56,801 nt of DNA from Perkinsus olseni (Eukaryota). Below, in pieces: positions 40,095 to 52,256 of this stretch. The translations under genes and the position numbers were made by a program. The DNA is taken from the NCBI GenBank assembly GCA_013115125.1, contig JABANN010000177.1, positions 1 to 56,801 on the forward strand. Reading direction: 5' to 3'. The notes beneath the pieces are model-generated. The model made no database searches. It was not told the DNA's origin and worked only from the letters and a program-made list of their open reading frames with translations. The number at the start of each line of letters is the position of its first letter. Position 1 is the first letter of the stretch.

Positions 40095-42378
40095 CTAACT
40101 CTGTGGGTCAGCGTAGACGCGGAGCATGCCTGGCACGGCGTACGCTGTAGTCTTCCCTAAGACAGATAACGCACAAGTGACCGTCGACGGCCGCAAAGTG
40201 TCGGGTCACCTCTCGGAATGATCTCGCCATCTATGCAGAAGCCAACACCCCTGTTGGCCACGGCTTCATCGGCGGGCTCTATCTTCCACGCCACTACACA
40301 CTTCGCGGCCCATGAAGGCGCCAAATCCATCTGATACAGGGGACGGCTCATCACAAGTCTCAGCAGTGACACAATGGGAGACTATGAGAAGCTCTGATGC
40401 CGTGAGACTCACGTCTTTTCCCACGCTAATGGACGCTGAACTCTTGGCGAACTTGGAGAGAGTGAAGTCCTCCCTTCGAGGGCAGCGCAATGCCCATTGA
40501 CCATCATTCAAGCGCTGACGAGGGGCTATCAATAAGTTCGGGGCGCTGTGCGACAGGTTGTTCAGCCAGACACCAGCAAAACTGAGAGGAAAAAGCAGAA
40601 GCTCCGGACGAGTTGATATGTACAGTGAGACAGAAGGATTGCCGAATAACACCAAAGTCGATAATTTGCCGTCTAGAAGTGGAGCGCTCATGGCGGCCGG
40701 AATACGACCGTGGACCACAGTCTTGGAGAAAGTGTAGCATCTAGCCTCTCGGAGGCCACTTCGCAGCTCCGCTCGAGTGAGTGAGCAAAGTGCCAGTTCG
40801 CCTTACTCTCCTTCCTCAGTTGTCCACAAAGGACTGTCCTCTGGTGGTAGACCTTTCAAGGGCTCCTTGACATCAGACTTCAAAACATACGAAACCTTCC
40901 CTTTATAGTGACGAAGTCGAAGAACTCGCCATAGCCCGTATAACGGGAAGCGTGCCTCGCCTATGAAACGATACGCTTCAGACTCGACGTCGACCTATTG
41001 ATGAGACATATCGCTCTCACGATCAACACGAAGAATGCCAGCTCACATCAGAGAAGAATCCCCAAGTCCCATTAAGAAAACCAATAATCGACTCACCGCC
41101 AAGATCGCCGCCAGCATCTGAGAAAACACCAAAAATGACACAATCAGCCTCATCGTCGAGCCACAACCAGCTCGGGGCCCTCTTGCGCAGTGACCCAGGT
41201 ACTGCGGAAGGCGGCAAAATGCCAAGAGTCACTCGCCAAGCCTCCTTCTCAGAGAGAAAACTGCAAGAGGGTCATTACTAGAAGGCGGGTGAACTCACTA
41301 ATAATTGCAGCGTCCAATGGTGTAGTCTTCCCTCTAAGTATGAGGCGCATGGCCGCATTGAAGTCGCCAACGAACTCTTCCACGTTGCCGCAGAAGTCCT
41401 TCTCGGAGGCGTACACAGCGCTGGTGCTCAAACCGTTGCCACTGCCTCCAGGAAGCATGCCAAACTTCAGCTGTTTCAGGAGATACCGCCCGTCAGGCAG
41501 GTGGAGTATCCCCTGACAGGGGCACCTCATTCACCAATTTCGTGGCGCGTGACGCTACCTGTAATAGCTCATGAAGGACACCATCTCCCCCACAAGTGAT
41601 GAAGGCGTCGTACTTGTCGGCATTGTCCATACCCAGATGACGGATATGCTGCGTGCTCACAGTCTTCGTAGTTTCCACCACAAAACGGTCACATGCCAAT
41701 TTGAATAGTGGCGCAGCGTACTTATAGTATCTAACGATGATGTCTCGCGACCCCTCAGGGAGGATGCAGCGTACAGCTCTTCAGCTTTGCCTCTGCCGCT
41801 GACTGGATTGATCAACAGTAGCACTCGTGTGCGAGCGGGGCACTCGGCACTATTAACCATCTCGTCAAGATCGCCCAAAGCACAGTGAAGGAGGGCCGTC
41901 GAAGCCAGGTCGACTGAACATCAGAAAATGGGCAGCATCGTTACTACGGCGCTCCGCCTCACGAGTGTTGGAAGATTGCTCCCTCCTCAGATATACATCC
42001 CTTCGCCTTCTCCCTGCTTTCGACCGGCACCCCTTCCGCCTGGGCTCCAGTAAGGTTATCTAAGAGACACCAGCTTCAAAGACGACTCACCAGGATAGCA
42101 GACTGTCTTACTTGCATCGTTAAATCCCCGTGGTTGACGGCCACGATGTCTTCGAAAGCAAGAACATCGGCTGCTACGGTCGAGGTCGGGCCCTCAGACT
42201 TTATGATCAACTGAAGAGAAATATGACGATATGAAATAAAATAAATGCTGCGGGTACAACTGACCCTGTCGCTCTCCACTGCAGCTAAAAACCTGTCGTT
42301 ATGTCCCCCTCTGTAAACTGAGGGATTCGACCGGTATGAGAAAACGGCGTTTTTGAAGAAGTCGTGAATGAGATCCAT
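40095..42378 (-). CDS. Sphingosine/ceramide kinase-like (DAGK catalytic family), paralog 1
   Basis: LLLINPVSGRGKA, CGGDGVLHELLQ, GMLPGGSGNGL, GFFSDVDVESEAYRFIGEARF, APRQRLNDG and IDGE. Confidence 0.9.
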
Positions 42379-42679
42379 AGTCAATAACTGTGCAACTGTC
42401 TCGCAGCACCCTTCACGAAAAGATATTCAGGTTCCAGCGAAAGTAACGCAGCGCCACAGCGGTGGAGCTGGGAGACCCGATGACCCAAAGTTAATGAGAA
42501 GGACGAGTGTCGAAGACAGTAGAACGGCTTCATATAAATGACAGGGTAGCCGCAGACATCAAGACTGAATGACGCACTTGAACGACTCGGAAGCGTTCGT
42601 TCCCAAGCTTATGATACATCGGTGGTAGCGCACGCAGGCTGTTATATACCACAAAATATACAAACAAGATCAACACGCG

Positions 42680-45459
42680 CTATGGCCCGCTCGATGGTTC
42701 GGCCTCCCGCCGCGAGGCGTACACATTCACAACCCTCGGAATTACAGAACCGCAGAGCTCACCTGCGAAAGAGAACACCAAGGTTGAGCCCACGAGATGC
42801 CGGCTGCGGTGGGTCCTCCTACCTCGCTGGACAGACTCGCCATCAACAGCCGCCCCTTCGCCGGTCGTCTCGCTCTGTTCATTTGCCGGCTCAATCCTCC
42901 ATGCCACAACCGACCTTGCTTTCCAGAAATGGCTCATCTCAGTCTGAAGTGGCACCGTAGGACCCCTAGCCACTCTCGGTTTGGCGATCCCGCACAAGTT
43001 CGAACCCCGGAAGCAGCAAGATTTCAACTTACATGCCTGCCCATCTCCATGCTGGCCAAACCGGACACAAGGTTCCCAAAGGAGGCATCTTTATAAGGCA
43101 AGTAACACATGGACCAACAGCCGTCCCCCAGCGTCCGCTCCGGTGCGACCATCATGTCAGCACCGGAGTGCGACACGTTGGAAAGCACAACGCCAGCAAA
43201 CCTACATCAATGGTCGACGCTGATCATCAAGGCAAATGGAAGCCTACACTCCCTCCTCAGTGTGCCACAAGGGGCAGCTTCTGTCAGGCAGACTGTTCAG
43301 CTGTTTACCATCGGTGAGGTCGGAGGCTTCAATATACGATAGGCGAGCGGCGTACTGACGGAGGTTGATGATCCTCCACAGAGCATACGTAGTGAATCGA
43401 GCTCCTCCCAAGAACCTCAGATGCTCCGAGCCGATATCAACCTAAACAAAGGCCGGATGAGCGCTTGGTAGTAAGCCACCTCCTTCCGGAGGTGGGCCCA
43501 CAACTACTAAGGCCATGATCAAAATACTACCACCGGAATCTCATAGAACATACCGCATTTTTGCAAATAACAGTATTCTCCCGTATAGATTTCTTTCGCT
43601 CTCGCTAGGGATTTTTTTTCTGACTGGCTTCTCTCAGCGTCCCGTTTATCTCAAATTTCCCCTATGAGAAGATGGTTTCGAGAGACTCAAGTGTTAGGTA
43701 ATGGATCGTTAGTCAGTTGCTACATCAGAGAAAAGGCCCCATCCTGCATTGAGGCAGGCCAAAAGTGTATCTTTTCGTTCGCCAGTCTCCCTGTCCAATA
43801 TCTCTGAAGCAGGATGACATCGCAACCATCCCGGCGGAGGAGGGGCAAATAGTACCCATTGTAGCTGCGTCTAGTGAGCAAGTGTTGCCCCTTAAAATGA
43901 GTCTAAGGGCAACATAGAAGTCGCTCACGAAGCCTTTGGGGTCACCGGCCAGATCAGGTTCGGATGAATAAGCACAGCTGCATGCTAAGCCGTTACCACT
44001 TCCTGCCGGTAGGAATCCCAGAGTGACGCGACTCAGAATATCGCGATAGTCAGGTAGCTTGAAGATACCCTACAAACCAAGACACATAAATCGGTGAGCT
44101 ATTCAGATCTCTGGTATTGGCCGTAACGGCGGCAAGGCGTGTATTTTACGGAACTCGCACGAGGGGCGACAACGGCACCTGTAAGAAGTCGTGTGTAAGT
44201 CCATCTCCTCCACAAAAGATAAACGCGTCAAATTTGTCAGCGGCTTCCACGGCCACTTTCTTGGTATGCTCGGTGCTTTCAGAGACAACCTCCTCGATCA
44301 TGAAGCGATCTTGACAGAGGTCAAACAAGGGCTTTGCTATGTTAGTGTACCTGCACAGCCACCGGTGGCACATATGGGCTAATAAAGAGGGCGTGACAGG
44401 AAGGCTCTCTTACAAGTTCATAGCATTGCCTTTACCACTGGCGGGATTTATTATAATTAAAGCCCGAGTCTTCGTAGGACATTTTGAAGTACCGTCCAGT
44501 ATCACATCTAGGTCTCCCAATGATAGGTGGAGTAGTGCTGTTGCCACTACGTCAACTGAGAAGCCAATATTACTGTCGCTTACAATGACCACCCAGACGG
44601 CGAGTCGTCGTCCTTAGAAAACAACGAGCTAATCGAAACTTTTCCCCTATTTTTCCTATGACGGTCTGCTACCAATACAAGCTATCAACAGCGATGCAAC
44701 GGCTACCATCACGAGCTAACCCAAGCCAATCCGATACTACGATCCTCATCCCATCTGTCCAGCCTTTCCAAGACGATATCCCTGCGCTGACGACCAGCTG
44801 AGGACGTACAACTCTTACGTCTCATTTGCAATATTGTAACCTGATCCATTTACTATCACGGAGCTCGACAAAGCGGCATTCCTCAGGACCGAGGATGCAG
44901 CGCACGGACGTGCGGACGGACGGACTCACCTGTAGGCTCGAGTCACCATAGTTCACAGCGACTACATCTTGAAAGGGGATAGTATCATGGACTTGACTAG
45001 AGGCAGCAGGACGCACTACGATCTGAGCATCCAAGCTTGATCAACATACTCCGCACATGACTTGTTCGGAACAGTCCCAACTACAAATACTCCGGACTTG
45101 CTGCCAGTATGTATCAAGCATACTCAAGCTTGGAGAATACTCCGGACATTGTAACCTCATCCTAGGACTGGTGAATGGCGAAGGTATAGAGCCATCCTCA
45201 GCTAATCGATCGGCCGAATTGCTCCGAAAATATGTCTAGCACAGACTTCGGGACGTCCAAGAGCAGGCCGTCCCGTGTGTCTGCCTGTTCGGTCTAGGAC
45301 GCATCCTCCGATCGAGCTCTCCTGACGACTCCCCAGACCGGCCAGTATTACCATGTCATCCTCTAGAGAGACAAGCGCGTCATCAATAGCTCCCTGCTTG
45401 CTGCGGGGCGGCGATCTATAGCGGAAATGAGAATTAAAAAATTGGGATAGCAGGTCCAT
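42680..45459 (-). CDS. Sphingosine/ceramide kinase-like (DAGK catalytic family), paralog 2
   Basis: LIIINPASGKGNA, CGGDGLTHDFLQ, GFLPAGSGNGLA, DVDIGSEHLRFLG and VDGE. The exons compared are colinear with paralog 1. Confidence 0.9.
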
Positions 45460-45931
45460 AAGACAGCCAACTGCATAGAAACGTAATGGCCTTTGTACCC
45501 TCATGATTTTGGTGCTCACGGCTGCGATGAGACCAACAGTTTGCTCCCCGTCACCAGAACCAAGACGAGGGCTCACTGAAACCACTGCCGCCTTCTAGCT
45601 CGAGTGTCACCATATAAGTACACTCCTGAATCAGTCATGAGACATCGAGGGGAGCTCATCAGGGAATGTATTGGAAGATTCTATATCGCTGGTTATCTGA
45701 CAATTGTGCGCGGAATTACCTGTCTCTCTCTCAAAAGGTCCCCGGTTCGATTCCTGGTAGCTGCAGTATTCAAGACATTTTTCACCTTGATGCACATGCG
45801 CTGAGTCCAACGGACCGGTTGAAGATCGGCGTATCGGGAATTTCGAACGCTGTACTGGAGTATTAACTAGGGCACCTCGATAGTGCCGGAGCTGTGTGAA
45901 TAGCCGGAATAGTTCTCTGAATTACTTCCCA

Positions 45932-47351
45932 ATGTCCAACCTTTCTGCCCCCATCCCTACAGAGGTCAACATGCCCATACCTCCTAAGCCTGTTGGAGTA
46001 TGTCTTGTTGGTCTCGGCAGGGCAGGCAAGTTCCATCTTGAAGTAGTACTCCTCATAGCTGCATCAATGGGTCATACTACGAACTGCAGGCTCTCGGCAG
46101 ACTGGGCCCTCGCGTTGTTAAAATCCTGTACGTTGTGGACGTCAAGGAGGATATAGCAAAGGAACGAGCTAAGGAGCTAGGATGCGTTGGCCTTACTGAC
46201 ATGAAGCAGGCCATGGAAGATCCTGAGGTCATAATAGCCGGCCTTCGTCATAGACAGCTCAAGTGAATTCTCTCGTAGGTGCAAGCGGTTATTGTTGGAT
46301 CGACTACTTACATGCATCATGAGCACATCATGACTGCTTTGAAGGCAGGAAAGGCTTGCCTTACTGAGAAGCCCATAGCTGATAACCAGAAAGAGCTTCA
46401 GCAGCTCATTGACTATGTCAAGACTGTTGATGTCCCTTTCCGTGTTGGATACCAGCGCAGAACGGATCCTAATTTCCGTGTACTCAAGCGCCAGATCGAG
46501 ATGGGCATGGTGGGAGAGCCTAGGATCATCAACTGTACATCTCGGGATAATCCGGAGCCTCCTATGGAGTACTTGAAGGTCTCTGGAGGTAGCCACTGTC
46601 GTCAGAGTGCCTCCAAGCTGGAGTAATTACGCTTGTGATGCTCAGGTATATTCCATGACATGCTCACTCACGACTTCGACATGATACACTACCTAACAGG
46701 CCAAGTACCGGAGTCTGTGTATTCCATCGGTCATGCATACAACCCTAAGATTCAAGCGATGGATGATGTTGATACGGCTATGGTAATAATACACTACTAC
46801 AGTAACTTGCTCATGTAAGCTACTCAATCGGTAAGGTGACACTCAAGTACCCCAACGGCCTCCTGGCTACCGTCAACACAAGCCGAATTGCCCCTTATGG
46901 GTACGATCAACGCGTGGAGGTCTTCGGTCCTAAGGGCATGGCCACCGCTGAGAACCAGGTAATAACTGCATAGTATGGCTCGTGCCTTATCATGATCGTT
47001 CGCTCAGCGGGAGTCCACTGTTACTCTAGCTACTGACGCAGGGTTCCAAAGTGCCCGGGCTGAGTACAGCTTCCCTGAGAGGTAGTAGGAATTTCAGAGT
47101 TCTCGTTGTACTATAAGGTACAATCAGGTACCCTGAGGCCTATCTCGAGAGTGATGCCGAATTCATCAAAATGGTTATCGAGAAGAAGAAGGAGGACCCA
47201 GCTGACAACGACAGGTTTGTTATGCTCGATAAGGTCAGTATAGCATCCTCCGTCCTCGTGCCGTCATGTCGGTGGTGGTCAGGTTGCTCGCGCCGCCGAG
47301 ATGTCTCTTCACGAGAACCGTGTTGTTTTCCTGAATGAGTTTGACAACTAA
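45932..47351 (+). CDS. Myo-inositol 2-dehydrogenase-like Gfo/Idh/MocA oxidoreductase, multi-exon
   Basis: Rossmann GLGRAGKFH, TEKPIA, VGYQRRTDPNF, SRDNPEPP, GGIFHDMLTHDFDM and SRIAPYGYDQRVEVFG. Confidence 0.92.
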
Positions 47352-47554
47352 GTTTCTTCCGTAGTTTTGCTGCCGACTTTCGAGACCACCCCGTGCTAGC
47401 AGCAGCTTATTGTTGTACAGATGCAAATTCCTGTAGCCTCCGATGGAGGCTCCGGTATCATACAGTCCCTTCCCGATCTCATGTTGTTGAGTTCTGACCT
47501 GATGGGTGGTGTAGAGACCAAGGTCCCTCTAGTCGTGCTCATCACCTTTGAGTC

Positions 47555-50089
47555 ATGTCCGGCCGAGGGGTCACAGCAGGAGTGAGCTCCTCGACATCCT
47601 CATCCTCACAGTCCCCTTCCCCTGATACCACACATTTGCCACCTTGGCCAGGTGTTACACCGCCCGTGTCGGAGAACTACCCTACCCGAGCCGACTATGA
47701 GGCTACGGAGGAGTTACGGCATTTCATAGAGGGCAGAGCTCCGCCAGAGAGCTCCCATGGGATGCTTAAACGGTAGTAGACCACTGGCTGGGACTGGGAG
47801 TGCAACTCGACCTGCAGATACGAAGTGTTGGTGGAGATAGAGCGGATGGTGAACAAGTGGATTTACGACGTCTCGGGAGGGGAGATACAGTCCAAGGCAC
47901 GGGTCCTCACATTTGGGAGGTATTCTCGTGGCGCCCTTCTAATTATGATAGAGGTGGTGCTCCCGTCAGTTTCCGTCTTGGGGTCATTACCCCGTTGTCT
48001 GATATCGATACACTTGTCCTCTTGCCCAACCTAATATCTCGGGATGATTTTTTCACTGGTAAGACTGCATACTCAGTGGAAGTACATCGCGTCCCTCTGC
48101 GGTAGATTTCGTGGAGACTATGCTCAATCGCTCGCCGCATGTGACTGAATGCAACCCGGTACCTGCTGCCCATGTTCCCATCATAAAGGTCATAACCCTA
48201 GTTTCGTCGGCTGTTTGGCATTGGTGTGGTATCAGGTGAAATACCGAGGGATTTGCATGGATATATTGGCGGCCTGTGTGCCAACTTACGTTCTCTCTGG
48301 TGATGTCGATTCGGTCCAAGAGGAGCTCATCTATGAGGTTGAGAAACGTTGCATGAAGTCGATGAACGGCATCAGAGTTGCTGGTGAGGGGGTCTCAAGG
48401 CGGAGGTATGATATCAGAATATATGCCCGATAATCTCTTTAGATAAGATGCTTTCACTCGTGGTGGACACGCAGACGTTCCGATTAGCAACCCGAGTCAT
48501 CAAGTACTGGGCTCAACAGCGCCTCATCTACTCTAATGCTATTGGTTACATGGGAGGAGTATCTTGGGCGGTTATGGTAGTTGTGACACTACTTACGACA
48601 GGCACGCTTACTGTCCGAGTGCCAGGTTGGACGTGTATGCCAGCTTTACCCCAACTACTCGGCGAAGCAGATAGTGGAGAGATTCTTTTATGTATACGCG
48701 CGGTGGCAGTGGACAGCTACCAGGGACTACGGCAACAGTACAAGAGGGGAAGGAGGGCCTGTGTGTCAACTTCTCTCCTGGTGTAGGTGTTGCAGTCACG
48801 TTATGCCCCATAGAGGATGCAGCCAGCAAGGTGCCACCTGAGATAGCGGCCGAACAGGGCCTCCGGAAATTCAAGGAATGGAATCCGAATAAGTACGGCA
48901 TCGGCGTCGAGTAGCAATCCTTGGTGGATTCCTGTCCTCAGGTACATCTCCGACAGGCATCACGTGATGCCAGTGATCACCCCTATCTTCCCTACTCATA
49001 ACACCACTTACAACGTACAGGAATCTAATAAGAGGGTCATCGTACGGGAGATAAAACGAGGTGGGGGAGGGGAGTCTCCTGCAGGCCAGGGTGAGATTCT
49101 CTGTAGGCCGCGAGATTATGGAGCTGATGAGCATGAATAAGAGCAGTGGAGCTACCAAAGGAAATGAAGTTACCTGGGCCGACCTCTGCGCCCCCTTCCC
49201 GTTCTTCCAGGTGAGCTGTCGGGGTTGGGCAGGCCGCGGCCGTCGTCCAAGGTTGGGTGGAGGGACAGGGAGGAAGGCTCTCAACAACAACCGCCTCAGG
49301 TCTATAGACAATTCCTGCTGCTTGAGATAAGCGCCGAGACAGAGAAGGCTTTCCTCAAGTTTAAAGGCTTGGTGGAGTCCCGTGTTAGGGTTCTGGTGAA
49401 GAACCTCGAGACTTGCTGCTGTGGCAACAACAAGGCGAGTTCAACGACTCCAACAACTGGACTACCGACGCCTGTGGTCGATCGTCACTAGCAGGTACTA
49501 CCTCAACCCCACCCTGTTATGTTCCAGAGGGGCTCGTTGGGGCCTGATGCCATCCCTGGGGAGGCCCCCTCGTTCTTAGGGGCCTTCGTATTGGGAATAA
49601 CGTTCGACAACATCGCCACAGGTTGGGCCTCGCTCTCCTGTAGTCCGAGACAGACCTCGAGTGGCCTTCAGACGACCTGCCGGCAGCAGCGCAAGTGAGC
49701 AAGGAGATGAAGTCAGCGTGTGATGGCTTCGCTGAGCACATCACTCAGGCAGCGCTGTCGGATGAATGGGACGCCTTCAGAGGGCAGTTCAAGTAAGGCT
49801 CACCACGCCCCAGCGTGGTGAGCTGACCTGGGACCGCGGTCATCACTCTCTTCTCAGTCTCACGATACAGCATCGGTACCTGACGGACCTCCCTGCCTAC
49901 ATCCGCCCAAAACCCACTCCTCCGTCGACTCGCCATCATTCGGTCGGCTCAAAACCGACCGTTACGAAGGTCGCAGGTTCGAACCCCAGCAGCGTCAACG
50001 TCGCCGAAACGACCAAACGGAAACGAGGCGAGGGGGTTGAGGCCGAATCCCTACCTGCTAAGGAGGCTCGGGTCCAGGAGACAGCGTGA
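47555..50089 (+). CDS. PAP: Canonical nuclear poly(A) polymerase, multi-exon
   Basis: GVTPPVS, TFGSFRLGVITPLSDIDTL, VPIIK, SMNGIRV, FRLATRVIKYWAQQRLIYSNAIGYMGGVSWAVM, HVMPVITP, GLVESRVRVLV and a C-terminal NLS-like KRKR. Confidence 0.95.
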
Positions 50090-50372
50090 CAGGTCACTGC
50101 CGCGCACCAGCGGCGAGGCCCGTCATTATGGGCCAACATCAAGTTGCGTGCTGTTGGTTGTTGTGAGTGTTGTAGCATTGACGGATTTCTCGTCATGAAC
50201 CAAAGATACATCTTGGGTTGGTCAATGCACATCACACACGCATCGGATACTTCGGATCTCGCACCTTCAGGATTCCTATCTCAGCGTGAGCCCGGCCCTC
50301 GCTCTGTAGTCTCATGCCCATTGGTGGAGCGTCCCTGGAATTCCTATGGCTAACTAGCTACTTTACCACAGC

Positions 50373-51784
50373 ATGTCCATTGATACTATTGAACAAGTAG
50401 TCAACAACAGTGTTGTTACAACACTCTTTATCTTCTAGCATAGATCTCCTATCCTCTTCGAGGCACCTGCTGTCCGAGCGACACCTCCCCACTCTCCTCG
50501 TCTTGGTGCAGAATACCGCTACAATCATCCTGGCTGTGGTGCTCGCGTACTTGCCAGTCCGAAGCGGATCCTTCGACCGTCCGACTGCGTATTCATGCTC
50601 CCAGTGAGGCGGTGCCATCCTTTTGGTATCTCCACAGCCATCCAGATCAAGGGCGCCTGGAGCTTCAACCGCTCTCTCGTCAGGGTCGCGGCATACTTGT
50701 GTCCGACCGTCGCCTGGAGTCTCTCCCTCTCAGTGGGCATGAGGCTCATCCAGGGCTTTACTATAGAGACGTACGTTGACACCTGCTTAGCGGCTTGCTA
50801 GTGTAAGACTGTCTCTGAGCAGGTACATCATGACCAGGTTCGCAGCATCATCCTTGGTAGCTGTGGGCGACCTACTGCTCTTCAATACTAGATTTACTAT
50901 GAGGCAGTAGGCCCTCGTCGCCTACCACTCGAGAGCTTCTCTCTCGCGAGGATTCACGACTTGTAGGATGTCGTCCAAGCAGGATCGCCTGCCTTGTTCT
51001 CCTGGTCGTCCTCTCGGTGGCCCAGTTCTGTAGGGAGGCCCATGCCAGTCGATGGTCATGGCCGATCCACCGATACCTTCTACTCCCCATGTCCACTGTG
51101 AGTGACTGCCTCTTCGCGGCCCTCCCAGGCCGGAGAGAGTCCACGGCGGGATACTGCTCATTGCCTTAGCAGATGAGATGTAGAGCCTCTTCAGGTTATG
51201 TTCGTTGCTGACAGTTTACTATCTAAGCGAGTCGTTACGAGATTGACACAGCACCATCGTCAAACTACGTTGGGCATCTGTATCGTTCAAAACCTCCTCA
51301 GCTTGCCAATGCTCATATTGCTCATCGCCATCACAGAGGAAACACGTGAGACCGCCGCACTGCAGCCTTGTGAGGGCCGGATGTCTTCCGACAGACTCTA
51401 CGACAGAGCTTCTCTCTGATCTCTACAGAGGCGACCACGAGGCTTTGGTGTGGACACAGAAAGCAGGGCTGTCCTGCTTGTTGTGCTGTGGGATGTCACT
51501 ATCGATGATAGTTATGAACGCCCGCCTTACAGCGGCACATGTTTCTATGGTCATCAACTTCAACAAGGTGAAGGAATTCCTCCTCTCGCCAGGGAGTGGT
51601 TGAGGCTCAACCGTAGGTTCTAGTGGTCATGATATCGACTATCCTTCGCCCCGGAGTCGACCTCGCCAGCGAGATAAAAGACCTTGCCTTAGTGGCAGTT
51701 GCTGCTGGTTGTGGAGTCGTATTCAGCATGAGCACTCGCCCGGCAAAGCCATCGAAGAAGGCTACTGAGATGCTCACAGTGTAG
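50373..51784 (+). CDS. Nucleotide-sugar transporter-like (SLC35/DMT) membrane protein, multi-exon
   Basis: Multiple hydrophobic exons (PTLLVLVQN, IVQNLLSLPMLILLIAITEE, LTAAHVSMVINFNKV) resembling GDP-mannose transporter family motifs. The start codon is uncertain. Confidence 0.65.
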
Positions 51785-52256
51785 CATGAGGTGAGGCCCA
51801 ATTCTGCCTCCTGCGATGACCAGAATTTCTAGGCTCCATCATGATGAGTTTCGTGTTGTCAATCTCATACAGGGCCGCACTGACCGCTGGTATAACGCCA
51901 TAGTGACTGCACGTTTTCGCCCCGCGATCATACTTGTCGAACGCTACAGCAGGTTCGTTCGGGAGAGGGTTGAAAGGCTACGTAAAGGTCATAAATATCC
52001 ACTAATATCGTTGTGCTTCTCAACATGATATGAGAGACCTCCCATTCCCAGTCGAGCTCCCTGTTAACTATAGGGACGTGCTCATCATATGCGATAAGCG
52101 CCGAAGACGCCCGAAAGCTTCACCGAGATGCTCAAAGTTTTGTCTGATATCAAGCCGTGTACCATTTCGACAGCTTCGCAGTAGTCAGCTCTGGGTTTTC
52201 AATGCAACTTTACTTACAAGAGTAGAGCTATTCGTTGTTGACAGTTGCTTTTCGGC

